The notes beneath the pieces were generated by a model. That model made no database searches and was not told the DNA's origin. It worked only from the letters and a program-made list of their open reading frames with translations. From Monocercomonoides exilis PA203 (Eukaryota; Protista; Preaxostyla): 64,000 bases of DNA. The translations under genes and the position numbers were made by a program. The number at the start of each line of letters is the position of its first letter. The first letter of the stretch is position 1. Where the stretch lies: contig LSRY02000008.1 in the NCBI GenBank assembly GCA_001643675.2, forward strand, positions 248,001 through 312,000, given 5' to 3'. Below are positions 52,363 through 64,000 of this stretch, piece after piece.

Positions 52363-54141
52363 TTATTCCGTTCCCGATTCTATCTTCAACTTCAAGTGTA
52401 TTTCCTTTCCACTTTCGTTCTGATGCTTTTGTAACATTTCCTTGAGCCAACGCATTGCATCTGTCGCTCCATCATTATCTGCAACAACAACAACAAATTC
52501 ATCGTATTTCATCCATTCCGGGATCTCTCTTCTCGCATATTCTTCCCAATAGTCAATCATCGTTTTCCCAGCCTTATCCTTAAGTTCATTTTTATGCCTC
52601 ATCCATTCTGGTGGTTCAGTTTCAGTGAACTGAATCCACATCATCGCCATTGTTCGTCCCAGGATATAGGTTCGTTCAATGTCATGTCTCATCCATTCTG
52701 GTGGCACATTCTTCACATTTTCTATCCATTGCATGGCAATTGTCAAACCATAACTGTTACCAAGTATAATATCGTGTTTCATCCATAATGGTGGGTCTTT
52801 CTTCACAAATTGAATCCACTTCATTGCCATCGTATTTCCTTCCTTGTCAGCAAGCGTGGGATCGTGTCTCATCCACACTGGAGGATCAGCTCTTACGAAA
52901 ATAATAAAATATATTGCCATCGTCCATCCATCGTTGTCTGCAAATTCAGCTTCGTGTCTCATCCATTCAAGTGGTTCTTTTCTGTTATGAATGATCCACT
53001 TCATGGCCATTGTTCTTCCATTTTTATCAGAAAATGTCTCTTCATGTCTCATCCATTCCGGCGGTTCTGCCTTCACATATTTTATCCATCCCATAGCCAT
53101 CGTTTCTCCTTTGTTATTTTTTTGTGTTATTTCATGCCTTATTGATAAAGGTGGTTCTGTTTTGACCTCCTTTATCCACAGCATGGCCATTGTTTCTCCT
53201 TTCTTATTTCCAAGTGTAATTTCATGTATCATCCACATTGGTGGTTCTGTCTTCACGTATTCAATCCATAGCATGGCCATTGTTTGTCCGAATATTCCTG
53301 TAATTTCGTTGTCATGTCTCATCCATTCTGGAGGTTCTGTTTTAACTTGCTTTATCCAATGCATAGCCATTGTCCTGCGAAAATTATCTTTAAGTGTTGT
53401 ATCGTGTCTCATCCATTCTGGAGGTTCCGTATGGGTAAATCCAACCCACAGCATTGCCATTGTCCAACCATAATTGTTGCGAAGTGTAATATTATGTCTC
53501 ATCCATAAAGGAGGTTCTGTCTTGACCTCCTTTATCCAGTGCATTGCCATTGTAAATCCTTCCTTATCAGCAAGCGTAATATCGTGTCTCATCCATTCAG
53601 GTGGTTCTGTCTTGGTAAAGAAAATCCAAAACATAGCCATCGTCCATCCGTCGTGATCAGAAAGTGTAATGTCATGCCTCATCCATTCAGGTGGTTCTGT
53701 CTTCACATATTCAATCCAATATATAGCCATTGAGCATCCTTTATGATTTGTATATGCAATATCGTGCCTCATCCACTTCGGCGGTTCTGTATTGATGTAA
53801 ATAATCCAATAAAAGGCCATTATTGATCCAGTTTTATTTGCAAGTTTAATGTCATGTCTCATCCATTCTGGTGGCTCTGTTTTGATGTTTGTGATCCACA
53901 TCATCGCCATTGTTGATCTATTATTATTTCTGAGAGTTATTTTATGTCTCATCCATTGTGGAGGTTCCGTATGGGTAAATCCAATCCACAGCATTGCCAA
54001 TGTCCAACCTTTATTATCATGAAGCGTTGTTTCATGTCTCATTTCCAACGGAGGTTCTGTCTTTTTCTCAACAATCCATCGCATTGCTTCTGTTCTTCCA
54101 TCTTCGTCCCTTTTCAATGGATAACTTTCCAATTCTTGCAT
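52363..54141 (-). CDS. 30-aa ankyrin-like tandem-repeat protein (WMRH family), 18 units; positional twin of 33197-35392
   Basis: Intact ORF (MQELESYPLK...). N- and C-termini match the 33197 gene, but the internal repeat array differs. Confidence 0.85.
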   Translation of the reverse strand: MQELESYPLKRDEDGRTEAMRWIVEKKTEPPLEMRHETTLHDNKGWTLAMLWIGFTHTEPPQWMRHKITLRNNNRSTMAMMWITNIKTEPPEWMRHDIKLANKTGSIMAFYWIIYINTEPPKWMRHDIAYTNHKGCSMAIYWIEYVKTEPPEWMRHDITLSDHDGWTMAMFWIFFTKTEPPEWMRHDITLADKEGFTMAMHWIKEVKTEPPLWMRHNITLRNNYGWTMAMLWVGFTHTEPPEWMRHDTTLKDNFRRTMAMHWIKQVKTEPPEWMRHDNEITGIFGQTMAMLWIEYVKTEPPMWMIHEITLGNKKGETMAMLWIKEVKTEPPLSIRHEITQKNNKGETMAMGWIKYVKAEPPEWMRHEETFSDKNGRTMAMKWIIHNRKEPLEWMRHEAEFADNDGWTMAIYFIIFVRADPPVWMRHDPTLADKEGNTMAMKWIQFVKKDPPLWMKHDIILGNSYGLTIAMQWIENVKNVPPEWMRHDIERTYILGRTMAMMWIQFTETEPPEWMRHKNELKDKAGKTMIDYWEEYARREIPEWMKYDEFVVVVADNDGATDAMRWLKEMLQKHQNESGKEIHLKLKIESGTE

Positions 54142-55610
54142 ATCTGTTGTATATTTTGCTCTACCGCTCAACGCTTCGAATTCCCTGCTCGTCCTGCAAT
54201 ATAGGCAGCAAAAATGTCAATCGTTAAAAAGTATAATTTGAAATAAATATTATATATTTGATCATAAATGTTTGTAATATTTTGAAATAAACTTATTATT
54301 TAAATAAATAAGAAAATGAGCATAAAGTGATTGTATGATATTTTGCAGTGTGGCATTTTGTTATTCAAACATTTTTTTCAAAACAGAAAAAAATTTAATA
54401 TTAATTATTCATATTTTTATTTCTTTTGACGTTCGTTTAACAAATTATAAGTGAATGAAAATGAAAAGCCAAGTTGTGAAAAATATCAAACCTGTGAATT
54501 AATGATGAGTCTTGTATTTTCTGCTCTTTTGCTTTTGCACCAAAACTCTCAGAAACATTCGAAAAATTGAATTCAGTCATTTCTTTAAACCAACTCATTT
54601 CTTTTTTATTTTTCATTTTTTCATTCGCATTTCAAATTTCTTCAGGGATGCATTCATTTGGATCAGACACAGCAACAGTTGAGTGAGTGTGAGTGTGTGT
54701 GTGCGTGTGTGTGTGTCTGAGGGTGTGGCAGAAGGCATCGAAGGGACAAATATTCATTCATTCATTCATTCACTTGGACAACTGAAAAGAAGAAGCAGAT
54801 TAACAGGAGGAAGAGGAAGAAGAGGAAGAAGAAGAAGAAGAAGAATAAAAAGATGTGTTTGGAGATCGACATTCTGATGCAAAAGATTAAAAGAAGACGA
54901 AATTAAATCGAAGCAGACAATCAAGTCAGATGAGCAGAAGAAGAAGAAGAAGAAGAAGAGGAAGATCGCATTCATGTTGCAGAGGAAGATGGCACAGCCG
55001 AGCAAGAAGAACAACAAACAGAAGAAGAAGAAGAAGAAGAAGAAGGAGAAGGAGAAGGAGAAGGAGAAAGTGAAGAAGATAATGAAGATGATGAAGATGA
55101 AAGAGATGAAGGAGAAAGAAGGAGAAGGAGGAGTGGTTAGGGAACTGTGAGGCAGAAGATGAACAGGATGCAGAAGGAAGCGAAGATGCTGATGGCACTA
55201 CCGAAAGTGCAACAAGAGACAACAAGCGAGAAGAAGGAGGTGTTCAAGAAGATGGCTGAGAAGCAGAAGAAGAACAAAGCAGTCTGGAAGGTGATGATCC
55301 ACAAGGGGAAAAAGCTTTTCTTGTTGAGCTTTGCACAGATGTGGCTGTTTGGGAAGATTAAGAGGACGGAGTTCAATAAAAACGATGCATTCGTTCTTCT
55401 TGTTCTTCGACACGGCGCTTGAAAGGGCAGAGGAGAAGAAAATCAAGATGATATTTGGAGAGTCTGAGAAGATGCAGCCAAAGATGGGAGTGGCTGATGT
55501 GTTTGTGTTTCTGGGGTTTCTGCTGAATTATAGCAGGACAAAAGAAGATAAGCAGAAAATGGAGATAAATTCAATGAATGATGCCACATGTTCTGGTGAT
55601 CCATCTGCTT

Positions 55611-55932
55611 CTTCGTCTTCATCGTCTTCATCGTCTTCATCGTCTTCATCGTCTTCTTCTTCTTCATCGTCTTCATCGTCTTCATCGTCTTCTTCTTCTT
55701 CATCGTCTTCATCGTCTTCATCGTCTTCATCGTCTTCATCGTCTTCATCGTCTTCATCGTCTTCATCGTCTTCATCGTCTTCATCGTCTTCATCGTCTTC
55801 ATCGTCTTCATCGTCTTCATCGTCTTCATCGTCTTCATCGTCTTCATCGTCTTCATCGTCTTCATCGTCTTCATCGTCTTCATCGTCTTCATCGTCTTCA
55901 TCATCTTCCTCTTCTTCCTCTTCATCGTCTTC
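55611..55932. repeat. (ATCGTCTTC)n 9-bp minisatellite, expanded twin of 31516-31760
   Basis: Direct reading. Confidence 0.9.
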
Positions 55933-58389
55933 ATTGCTATTGTTGGTGGCTGGTTGAGTCATCGTGTTCGATGAGGCGAATTCTTTTCTGTGTGTTCCAT
56001 TGGCAGACTCCACAGACACATCCTGTGTTGCCGTTGAGGATCTTCTGTGATGAATGCAAGCTGCTTTTGTTTTCTCTGTCTTTTCCTTCGCATCTGTGCT
56101 GGAGACATGTCTTTGCCACGACTTCTTCATGCTGTTCATAAGCCATCCAGATGTGTGTGTGTGTGTGCGTGTGTGTGTGTACAAAGAAGATTATTTGAGT
56201 GCGCTTCTGTTTCCTTCAGAGGACAATCCGATTGAAAAGAGAGAAAACGCCAACATTTTGAGCAACTGACGAAGGTGCTGGACAACCAGGTGTGTATGCT
56301 TTTAATGATGTCTGTGAGAAGGTATTGGCAGAGGTGGAGGTGAAGTGATATGTGTCTGTTTGTCTCTCTCTCTCTCTCTTTCTCTCTCTTTGTGGAAGCT
56401 GAACAGCCGAAGGCGCAAAAGAAAGAAGGGCAGCTGATGGTGTTTTGGATGACGATGATGCTGACAGAGCTTGTTGCAATGCAGTTTTGGAGGAATGATG
56501 AAAAAATAGAGATCTGCTTTTCGGTTGCCTCAATGTGATAAGCAGAACGTTGAGAAGTTTCATGAGGATATGGCGAGGGGAAAAGGAGAGAAAGAAGGAA
56601 TTCTGTCTTGTCATCTGTTTCATAACAATCATCTTCTTCTTCTTCTTCCTCTTCTTCTTTCCCTTCTTCTTCTTCTTCTTCTTCTTCTTCTTCGCAGTGA
56701 AAAAAACAAGTTATGAGTGAAAACAAGAGACGGAGATCAACAGCATGTTCCTATCCTTTGAGTGAGCATTGGGCGTGATTGATTCTTCGGTTTCACCTCC
56801 CCAGTTTTTCATCAACTTCGTCTTTCTCATCACAAAAGTCTTCTTTTTTCCTTATTCTTCCTCTTCCTCTTTCTCATCATCATCTTCTTCTTCTTCCTCC
56901 TCTTCCTCTTCTACTTCTTCGTCCTCAATATCTTCTTTCCCCTTCTCTCTCTCGCTCCTATTTCGAAAAGCGCACATTTTCATTCAAAATATTTTTCGAA
57001 TGAAATGAATATATCTTCAATCCCCAAAAAAGTGTTTCTTTCATTAACATATACATCTGAGCAAAACACATGGAAAGAAGAAGAAAGTGAAGAAAGAGAT
57101 GAATGAGATGAAGGAGATAAAGGAGATGAAGGAGATGAAGGAGATGAAGAAGGTGAAGAAGGTGAAGAAGGTGAAGAAGGTGAAGAAGGTGAAGAAGGTG
57201 AAGAAGGTGAAGAAGGAGAAGATGATGACAATGGCGTTGTTGAAGAAGAAGACGCACTTAAGATCTCAAGTATCGGATATCTTCTGTTGAAGGATATTCT
57301 CAGCATTGCAACCTCGTTCTTTGCCCTTGTGGATAATATTTCAATGTTATAATTCCAACGGCGATTGCAAAATTACTCATATCCATTAAACCTGTCATTT
57401 GCCTCCAGCTGCCTGTATAACGCCAAAATGACAGATTAACTCGTATTTGTGGCTCTCAAGTCAAGGAATCAAATTCAGTTCCATCCCTCTCCTAAGTCCA
57501 TAAAAGCAATGTTCTTTCCTTTCGATACGAAGAAATGTGCCTTGCTCTGCTGTAGCTGCTGCCAATCTCCTGTTTCAGTCATCTGCCCCAATCTCTCCAA
57601 CAAATGAATTTGAAAATATCTCCTTTCTCTTCAAAAATCGCTTCCTTTTCATAGAGATTGGATATTCTTCCTTTTGGCCTTGAATATCTTCCAATTCCGT
57701 TCATATCCACTTCATCAAAATTCATTTTTCATCGTTTTTCGATGCATCTCATGTTGAGTCCATAATAATTGCCATAAACATTCGTAACAAAAAATATCCA
57801 GGCTCTAATATATTTGCAAGATATTATTTGTCTCTCTTCTTCCCTGTTTTCCAAAATAACGAATAAACTGACTTTTTCAAATAAATTGCCTGAATCTCGA
57901 CTTTGGAGAGGATACAGATGAAAATATCTTCACAATCAAAAGAACAATAAAAAACGCATACACAACGTCTTTTGTGTTATGAATTAAATTGTTGGATTTC
58001 CTTTTTCCATCCAATTACCAAAAATCAACTGACAGAATTTCAATATTTGTGCGCTGCCATCACTGCCTGCAGTTTCCACAGGAAATAATATTTCTAAATT
58101 CCGCAGCATGAATTCGCTCGTCAACTTTCATTTTGTCAATTGATATTCCAGTTCAAATAATGCTTTTCAATCATTGAATCCATAACAAATAAAAGAAAGA
58201 ACACAAATCTTCTCTTTTTCTTCGTAATTACTTGCCAAAGATAATATACGAAGGATGCCGGTGTGAGTGCGCGCACTTTGACTTCCATTTGTGTTAATAT
58301 TTTTCGCAAATTTCCTCTGCCCAAACATTCGCGCTTTCAATGTGAACGGCAAAACTGCATTGTGTTCTGGGCACAATGAACTTTAAAAA

Positions 58390-59807
58390 ATGCAGGGCAT
58401 GGACAACTCAAAAAAGTTCAATGGTAAGCAGTTGTGGTTGCTTCTGAATTCTTGTTGATTGTGTTTCTATCTTTTCTTTTTTATTGAAGGATTGCTTTCA
58501 GAGCTTGAAGATTGCACCGAAATTGAGCAGAAAGAGATAGTTGAAGAAATGAAAAGAGTCATTGATGAAATGAGCAACGATGAATTCAGATCTGTTTTCA
58601 CAAAAGAAATATTCAACAAAATTGATAAAATGATCGAAGAAAAGAAAATATCTTTGGAAAATGCTATTTGCTTGTCGAAGCATCTTGGATATTGCAAAGT
58701 GAAGAAAATTTTGTTCATTTTAAGCTTTGAAGGATCTTCGTTGTGTAAAAGATTTGAAAAGATGATGAATAACAAAAATGATAAGAAAGAAGGAAAAAAC
58801 GAAAAGCTGTTGGTTGATCTGAGCGAATCCTATCTTTTGATGAACCCATTACCTTCACCTGAATTGATTTCAATCAGTGTGCCTTGCATTTTGAAGGCTG
58901 CGTCGGACAAAGAAGAAAACGAAGAAGCTAAAAAGAAAGTGGAAATCGCTTTGGTGACATTGGGCTCTATTGATAAGTGGGAGGTAGAAAGAGAATTGTT
59001 TTTGTTGATTTGTTGATTTGTTGATTTCTTTCTCGTTTTTCAAAGTGTGTTGGACAAGAACTATATTTGCATGAAATCAGAGAAATTATCCAATATCATC
59101 AGGAACATCACAATCTGTCGCGATTTGCTTATCATTCTGCTTGGAAGTTTTCGATTCTCCGATTATACAGGAATAGAGAGCTGGAGGAAGTTGTTGTGAA
59201 TGAGCTGCATTTCGGAAGAGAGGCAGCAAGAGAATTGGATGAGCTGGCAAAGTGTGTGGATTGGAAGGGAAGAGAAGAAAGATGGGGAGAAGATGAAGCA
59301 AAAGAAGCATATATGATATGGAAATGGGTTAATGTGATTTTTGATTACTTTTCCATGTGCGAATTGTTGAATAAAGAATTCATCGTTCTTTTAAGCAGTA
59401 TTGTTCGGGTATTTCGAGCAGCAAGGGACAATTACGAAATAATAAGCTTAAGATGCATATTAGCGCTAAAGGAAGCAGAAAACAGAGCAGTAAAAGTTGA
59501 TGACTTGCTGAAAGGAGGAGCTGTTAATGCTGTTTTGGAGAAGATGCAGCTGCAAACATTGAATAAATTTGAAACATATGAATTCTTGTTATTTTTAATT
59601 GAGATTCCAATTCGATTGAAAGAAAAGAAAGATCGCACGGCTGACAAAGCGAAAAGAAAGGCAACAAAAAAAGAGTTTTTGGAAAAGATGGAAGAACTCG
59701 GATATGAAGATACCATCACAAGCTTTTATGGAATATTCAGATTTATTAACATGTCTTATTATCCTCAAATATCGTTGGATGTTTCTGATTATTTTGTGAA
59801 TGTTTAA
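58390..59807 (+). CDS. ELEDC-family paralogue, 3 exons (58390-58423, 58490-58983, 59046-59807), ~429 aa; positional twin of 27668-29113
   Basis: 34-nt first exon (MQGMDNSKKFN), gtaag donor, 1290 nt in frame. Confidence 0.8.
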
Positions 59808-60871
59808 GGAAATGAAATGTTTCGATTTTTTTTTTTTTTTTGACTCAAAAGTTGTTCTTCTTTCTTTTTCCATCATTTCGCAAAATGGAAAACAATCCTT
59901 TAAAAAGTTCTTCGTTGCTTTTTCAACTGATAATTCTGCAAGGAAAAATTCGACCGTTGATAATTTTCTGAAAGGATCAAATAATAACAGCATCTGAATT
60001 AAACAAGTGTGTTTCAATTTTAAAAAAAAGTTTACTGAAAGTGCATTAATTTATTTGATCGGTTTGTGTAATTCAAATTTGATAAACTATATCTTTATTT
60101 CTTTTTTTCTGAATTTCAATAATTTTTCTTGTAATGTTAATTCAACAATTATCTTGAACAGTTTTTTGATACTTTTTTTGTGAAGAATAACATTAAGAAA
60201 TTGAAACAGAAGAACCATATTGACTTTGTTATTTCAATTATTTGTCAAAAACATCAATTTTTTTCAAACATATGTTCATATAAAGAGAAACACCTATGAA
60301 TCATTGATGGACATGTGGTGATTATTTTCGAAATCTCAATTGTTTCGAGATAAAGAGCCCTCAAAAGTTTTTCATCTTTGACTTTTTAATTTTCTTGCAA
60401 ATGTTTCAGGCATTTCAGTTGTTTGTCTTTCTTTAATTGAAAGAAAGACAAATACATCGTGAACTGGAGCATTCACTTTTCAGTGCTCATTCACAAACAT
60501 CAGAAACATATTTTTAAATTGAAATTTTTTTCTGGAAAAAATTGAATATCAAAAATAATTCCCATCAAGCAATTATTTGATTTATTGCCAAAATAGTTTC
60601 ACATTCAAAACTGTTTCCACATTTGAAATTTGCATTTCTTTTGGCTTGAATAGCTTTTATATCCACGTTTATCAATTGTTGGACAATATGTGTATTGTTC
60701 TTTTTGAAAAGTCGCAAATGTTTTATTTCCGATAAATAAAAAAGGCACTTTTTTCGATCATTTTTTACAATTAATCCATCAACCTTTATCTCTTCACTGA
60801 TTAGATAAAATAAACCAATGTGATTTGAGAATATTTTCATAATGGAAAATTTGATGGATTTGAATCAAAAT

Positions 60872-61128
60872 GGGTGATTATTTTTGAAATCATAACTTTT
60901 TTCGGAGTGTTGATTTTTAAAATGTCATATTTCTTTGGAGAGGAATTATATATTCGAAAGAAAAAAATCATGGAAAATTTTAAAAAAATCAATGCTTGAT
61001 ATTTTAATCATGTTGAAATTATTATTGAAAGGAGGAACAACTTTTCAGTGTTCATTTGTCAAAATTCAAAGTGAATTCCCAAACCGAAATTTTTGTAAGA
61101 AAAAATATGTATTCAAAAATAATCACCC
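60872..61128. mobile_element. MITE family B, 257 bp, perfect 17-bp TIR, TSD AAAT
   Basis: AAAT[GGGTGATTATTTTTGAA...TTCAAAAATAATCACCC]AAAT. The empty site is at ~26078 in the left arm. Confidence 0.9.
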
Positions 61129-61343
61129 AAATCTTATCAAAAAATGTTTTGTTTAATTTTTTCCAGATATAATAAATTTGTTGCTTATCAAAAAGAATCA
61201 CCCAAATGTGAAATTTTCAAGCGTTTGGACAAAAGAAATAGAAGTCAATAAAATATGATGGGAGATATCTATTTTGTGAAGAATCAGAAAGGAACATGGA
61301 ATAAAGTTGAATGATAAAAAACAATGATGAATATTAGATATTT

Positions 61344-61610
61344 GGGGGAAAATTTGGACTTTCAAGCTTTTTTTGCACAAGGCATTGAAAAATTGCTTCA
61401 CTCATAACATTTTTAACTTAACCAGATTTCAAAATAAATTTGATTTTCTTATCCGAAAACAGTCATCGTTGAAATCAAAACAGTAAGTTTTGTGATATTT
61501 CACTAATGACAAAAAATGGACACATTTTTAGTGTGCTTTTTGACATAAAAAAGTTTATGAAAAGTACAGAATTTTTCAGTGAAAATGCCTGAGGTGAAAT
61601 ATTTTGTCCC
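61344..61610. mobile_element. MITE family A, 267 bp, TSD ATTT
   Basis: ATTT[GGGGGAAAAT...ATTTTGTCCC]ATTT. The empty site is at ~25867 in the left arm; internally homologous to 26943-27209. Confidence 0.85.
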
Positions 61611-63869
61611 ATTTGTTGAATAATCTATGATTCAAGTATGCGGATAACAACACATAAGTATTTGGTTAAGATGGACAAGAGAAAGAATGAGAAGAAAGCC
61701 GAGAAAAAAATAGAAGGCAGAATTTTGGAGGAGATGTGAAAAGAACAGGAAGAATGATGATTATAAAGTGTTTTATCCAATAATGGAACAATTTATTTTG
61801 ATAAATGTTTTTGGAACTGCTGAGTGTTGCAAAAGGAGTTAACCAGTGAGAAGAGTGAAGCGATGACCAGTTTGATGGTGGAGTTTTATATTGGAGAAAG
61901 TGTTGTGAATTTGAGTTTTATAATCATATTTGTGAAAAGAAAGCTTTGAAGTTTATGTGCATCTGACAGCATGGAGGAATAATGAATTTATTTGTGGTAT
62001 ATTATTTTTTTTTGAAAAATTAATTTCGTTTTTTTTTCAAATCAAATAAATAATTCGAATATTGAACAAATTTTCGTTCCCACTTTCAAAACCTAACCAA
62101 AATGGAAGACCGAACTTGACAAAGCTATTATCCTCACTGCAGCGAAATATCTTGAACGAAAACAATTTTTTTTTCAAATTATGAATATTTTGTTTGTCTT
62201 GAAAAATAAAACAAAAGCAATAATCATTGAAATGTGTCATAAAGGCCATTATAACTTCTGATATTCATTTGTCTGGTGCAGATACCTCTATTTGAATTCA
62301 AATTCCATTCAAGAGAAAGTTTTAAATCACAATTTTGTGAGATATTCGTTGATCATATCCATTAAAAATTTTGGACATTAAAGGAAAAAGTGATACAACT
62401 TTATGCATCGCAGCTGTGAGGGCGTGTGGATTTGATTGAGGTTTAAGATACATTTATAAATACTGTTGGAGAGGGATTGAGACATTTGTGGGTGAAACAG
62501 GATTCTGGAGGAGAAAAAATGATCGAAGCTTGAAATGAATGAGAAGATTTTTCAACAAGAATTTTCTGAGGATGAAGGATGTGTAATGAATGAATGTGGA
62601 TGAGAAAGGAGGTTTTCCTTTTTTGAATTTATCAGGAGTGAGGGGTGGGGGTTCTTGCTTATTATTGGAGAAATGGAATTTGATGTGGAGGAGATGGGAT
62701 GAGATGGAGGAGAGGAAGGAGGAAGATGGGTGGAGCGAATAGAAAATGTTTTTATTGGAGGAAATGATAAAAGTTTGATGAAAAATGGAGATATATATGG
62801 GAGGATATGGTTTTTATAAAATACACTGAGAGAGGAGGCACATGTGGAAGGTTAAGGGGGTTATTGTGAGAACATGAGCGGTTAGGGATGAAACTTCGGT
62901 GGAAAATTGTGTGGAAGAGAGGAAGAAGAAAGTGAGGGAAGTTTTTGAACTTTCACATATTATTTGGAGGACTGTTAGGTTGCGCCTGGCGTTTGCAGCG
63001 CAAGGGATGGAGGCGGAGGCGGAGGAAGATGGGAAGAAGGAACATTAACGCTGACACTTTGCATTGATGAAGTGGAGGCAGATGTGCTGCGTGGATGGAG
63101 CGAGATGAGGAGCTGACCACAAGATGGCTTCGATCACTCGATACAGAAAAATGATGGGAGCATTTATTTTTTATAGGGAGAAGAGCGAAGGGGAATGGGG
63201 AGAATGAGAGTGAAGGAGAAAAGAATATTATCATTGCTTGCGGAGGAGATAAAGGATGTGAGGCAGATGTGCGTTTTTGCAATGAGGGAAAATGAAGAGA
63301 GAGAGAAAAAAAAGAAGGCGATGCAGCAACAAGGGATGGGAAGGGGTTCTTCTGATGGAACGAACACATTTTGATATTTCAATCGAACAGAGCTTGTGGA
63401 AGTTATTCCACATGATACAAATCCGAAGATTTGGGTTTTGGGTATTATTTTTAGGAGCAGAGGTGGAAAAGAAGAGGAGACGAGACAGATGGAATCTGCA
63501 GGCAGAAAGGGACGATATTTTGCGAAGAAGAAGAAGAAGAAAGAAGAAAGTCTGTGAAGATTATTTGCATCAAAGTTATAGGTTTGCATTTTTATTCAAT
63601 GATTTTTATCATCTTTTGTTATTTTTCATGAAATTAGGTTTATTTTGCAAGAATGATGAATGGCAATGGATGAACAAGGAATGAGGAAAGAGAACATGTT
63701 GGGTGCATCTGAAGAGACAAGGACATGACAAATGAAGGGGAGCATGGAGGAATAAGATGGATGGAATAAGAAGGAAAAGAGAAGAAGACATTCTTTTTTT
63801 TTTATTTTTTTTGAAGGTTTTAGAAGGCACATAGGGCGAATCTTGTCAAAAGCCGAAGGAAAGAGAGAG

Positions 63870-63903
<34 letters not shown>

Positions 63904-64000
63904 GGAAAAGAGGAACTTTTCTGTGGTGACTTCTTCTTCTTCTTTTTCTTCTTCTTCTGCAGCAGAGACGACACAAATTGAACAGACAACTGCCTCTTTT

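Larger units (their letters stand above)
51080..64000. repeat. Right arm of the inverted segmental duplication (runs off the window)
   Basis: Mirror-image ORF track, e.g. MDVLQRYLIL, MIHLFFSFLQWHFH, MGVIDSSVSPPQ and MQTY[DN]F[VD]ANN on opposite strands. Confidence 0.95.

Noticed and set aside
1-64000. tRNA/rRNA/snRNA genes
   Set aside because: None was recognisable by eye; a covariance-model scan would be needed to exclude them.

Overview
AT-rich, intron-containing eukaryotic DNA read with the standard code (TAA/TAG/TGA all act as stops). The Ser/Glu-rich low-complexity ORFs, short GT-AG introns and gene families resemble the oxymonad Monocercomonoides; this is an inference, not a database match. 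Main contents: (1) a 9.1-kb low-complexity ORF whose upstream exons may encode a chorein-like N-terminus; (2) a 4-exon secreted thioredoxin/PDI-like gene; (3) four intronless genes built from an exact 30-aa ankyrin-like repeat (xxxxx[DN]xxGxTMAMxWIxxVKTEPPEWMRH; 18, 10, 22 and 18 units); (4) three 3-exon paralogues of a ~430-aa helical family ('ELEDC'); (5) a >=13-kb inverted segmental duplication (~23245-36700 vs ~51080-64000+) around a ~14-kb spacer; (6) in the spacer, a decayed DIRS-type tyrosine-recombinase retrotransposon (30-bp inverted termini, Dam-like methylase domain) and a broken importin-alpha-like gene; (7) ~250-270-bp GGG...CCC MITEs with 4-bp target duplications, three of them with clean empty sites in the other arm. 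The most striking signal is that, inside the duplication, non-coding and pseudogenic DNA is well conserved while the bodies of the two intact genes (30-aa-repeat and ELEDC) are strongly divergent mosaics. In the repeat family, variation falls at DARPin-like binding positions. This suggests a recombination-diversified variable-binder system. Identity levels are judged by eye, not computed.
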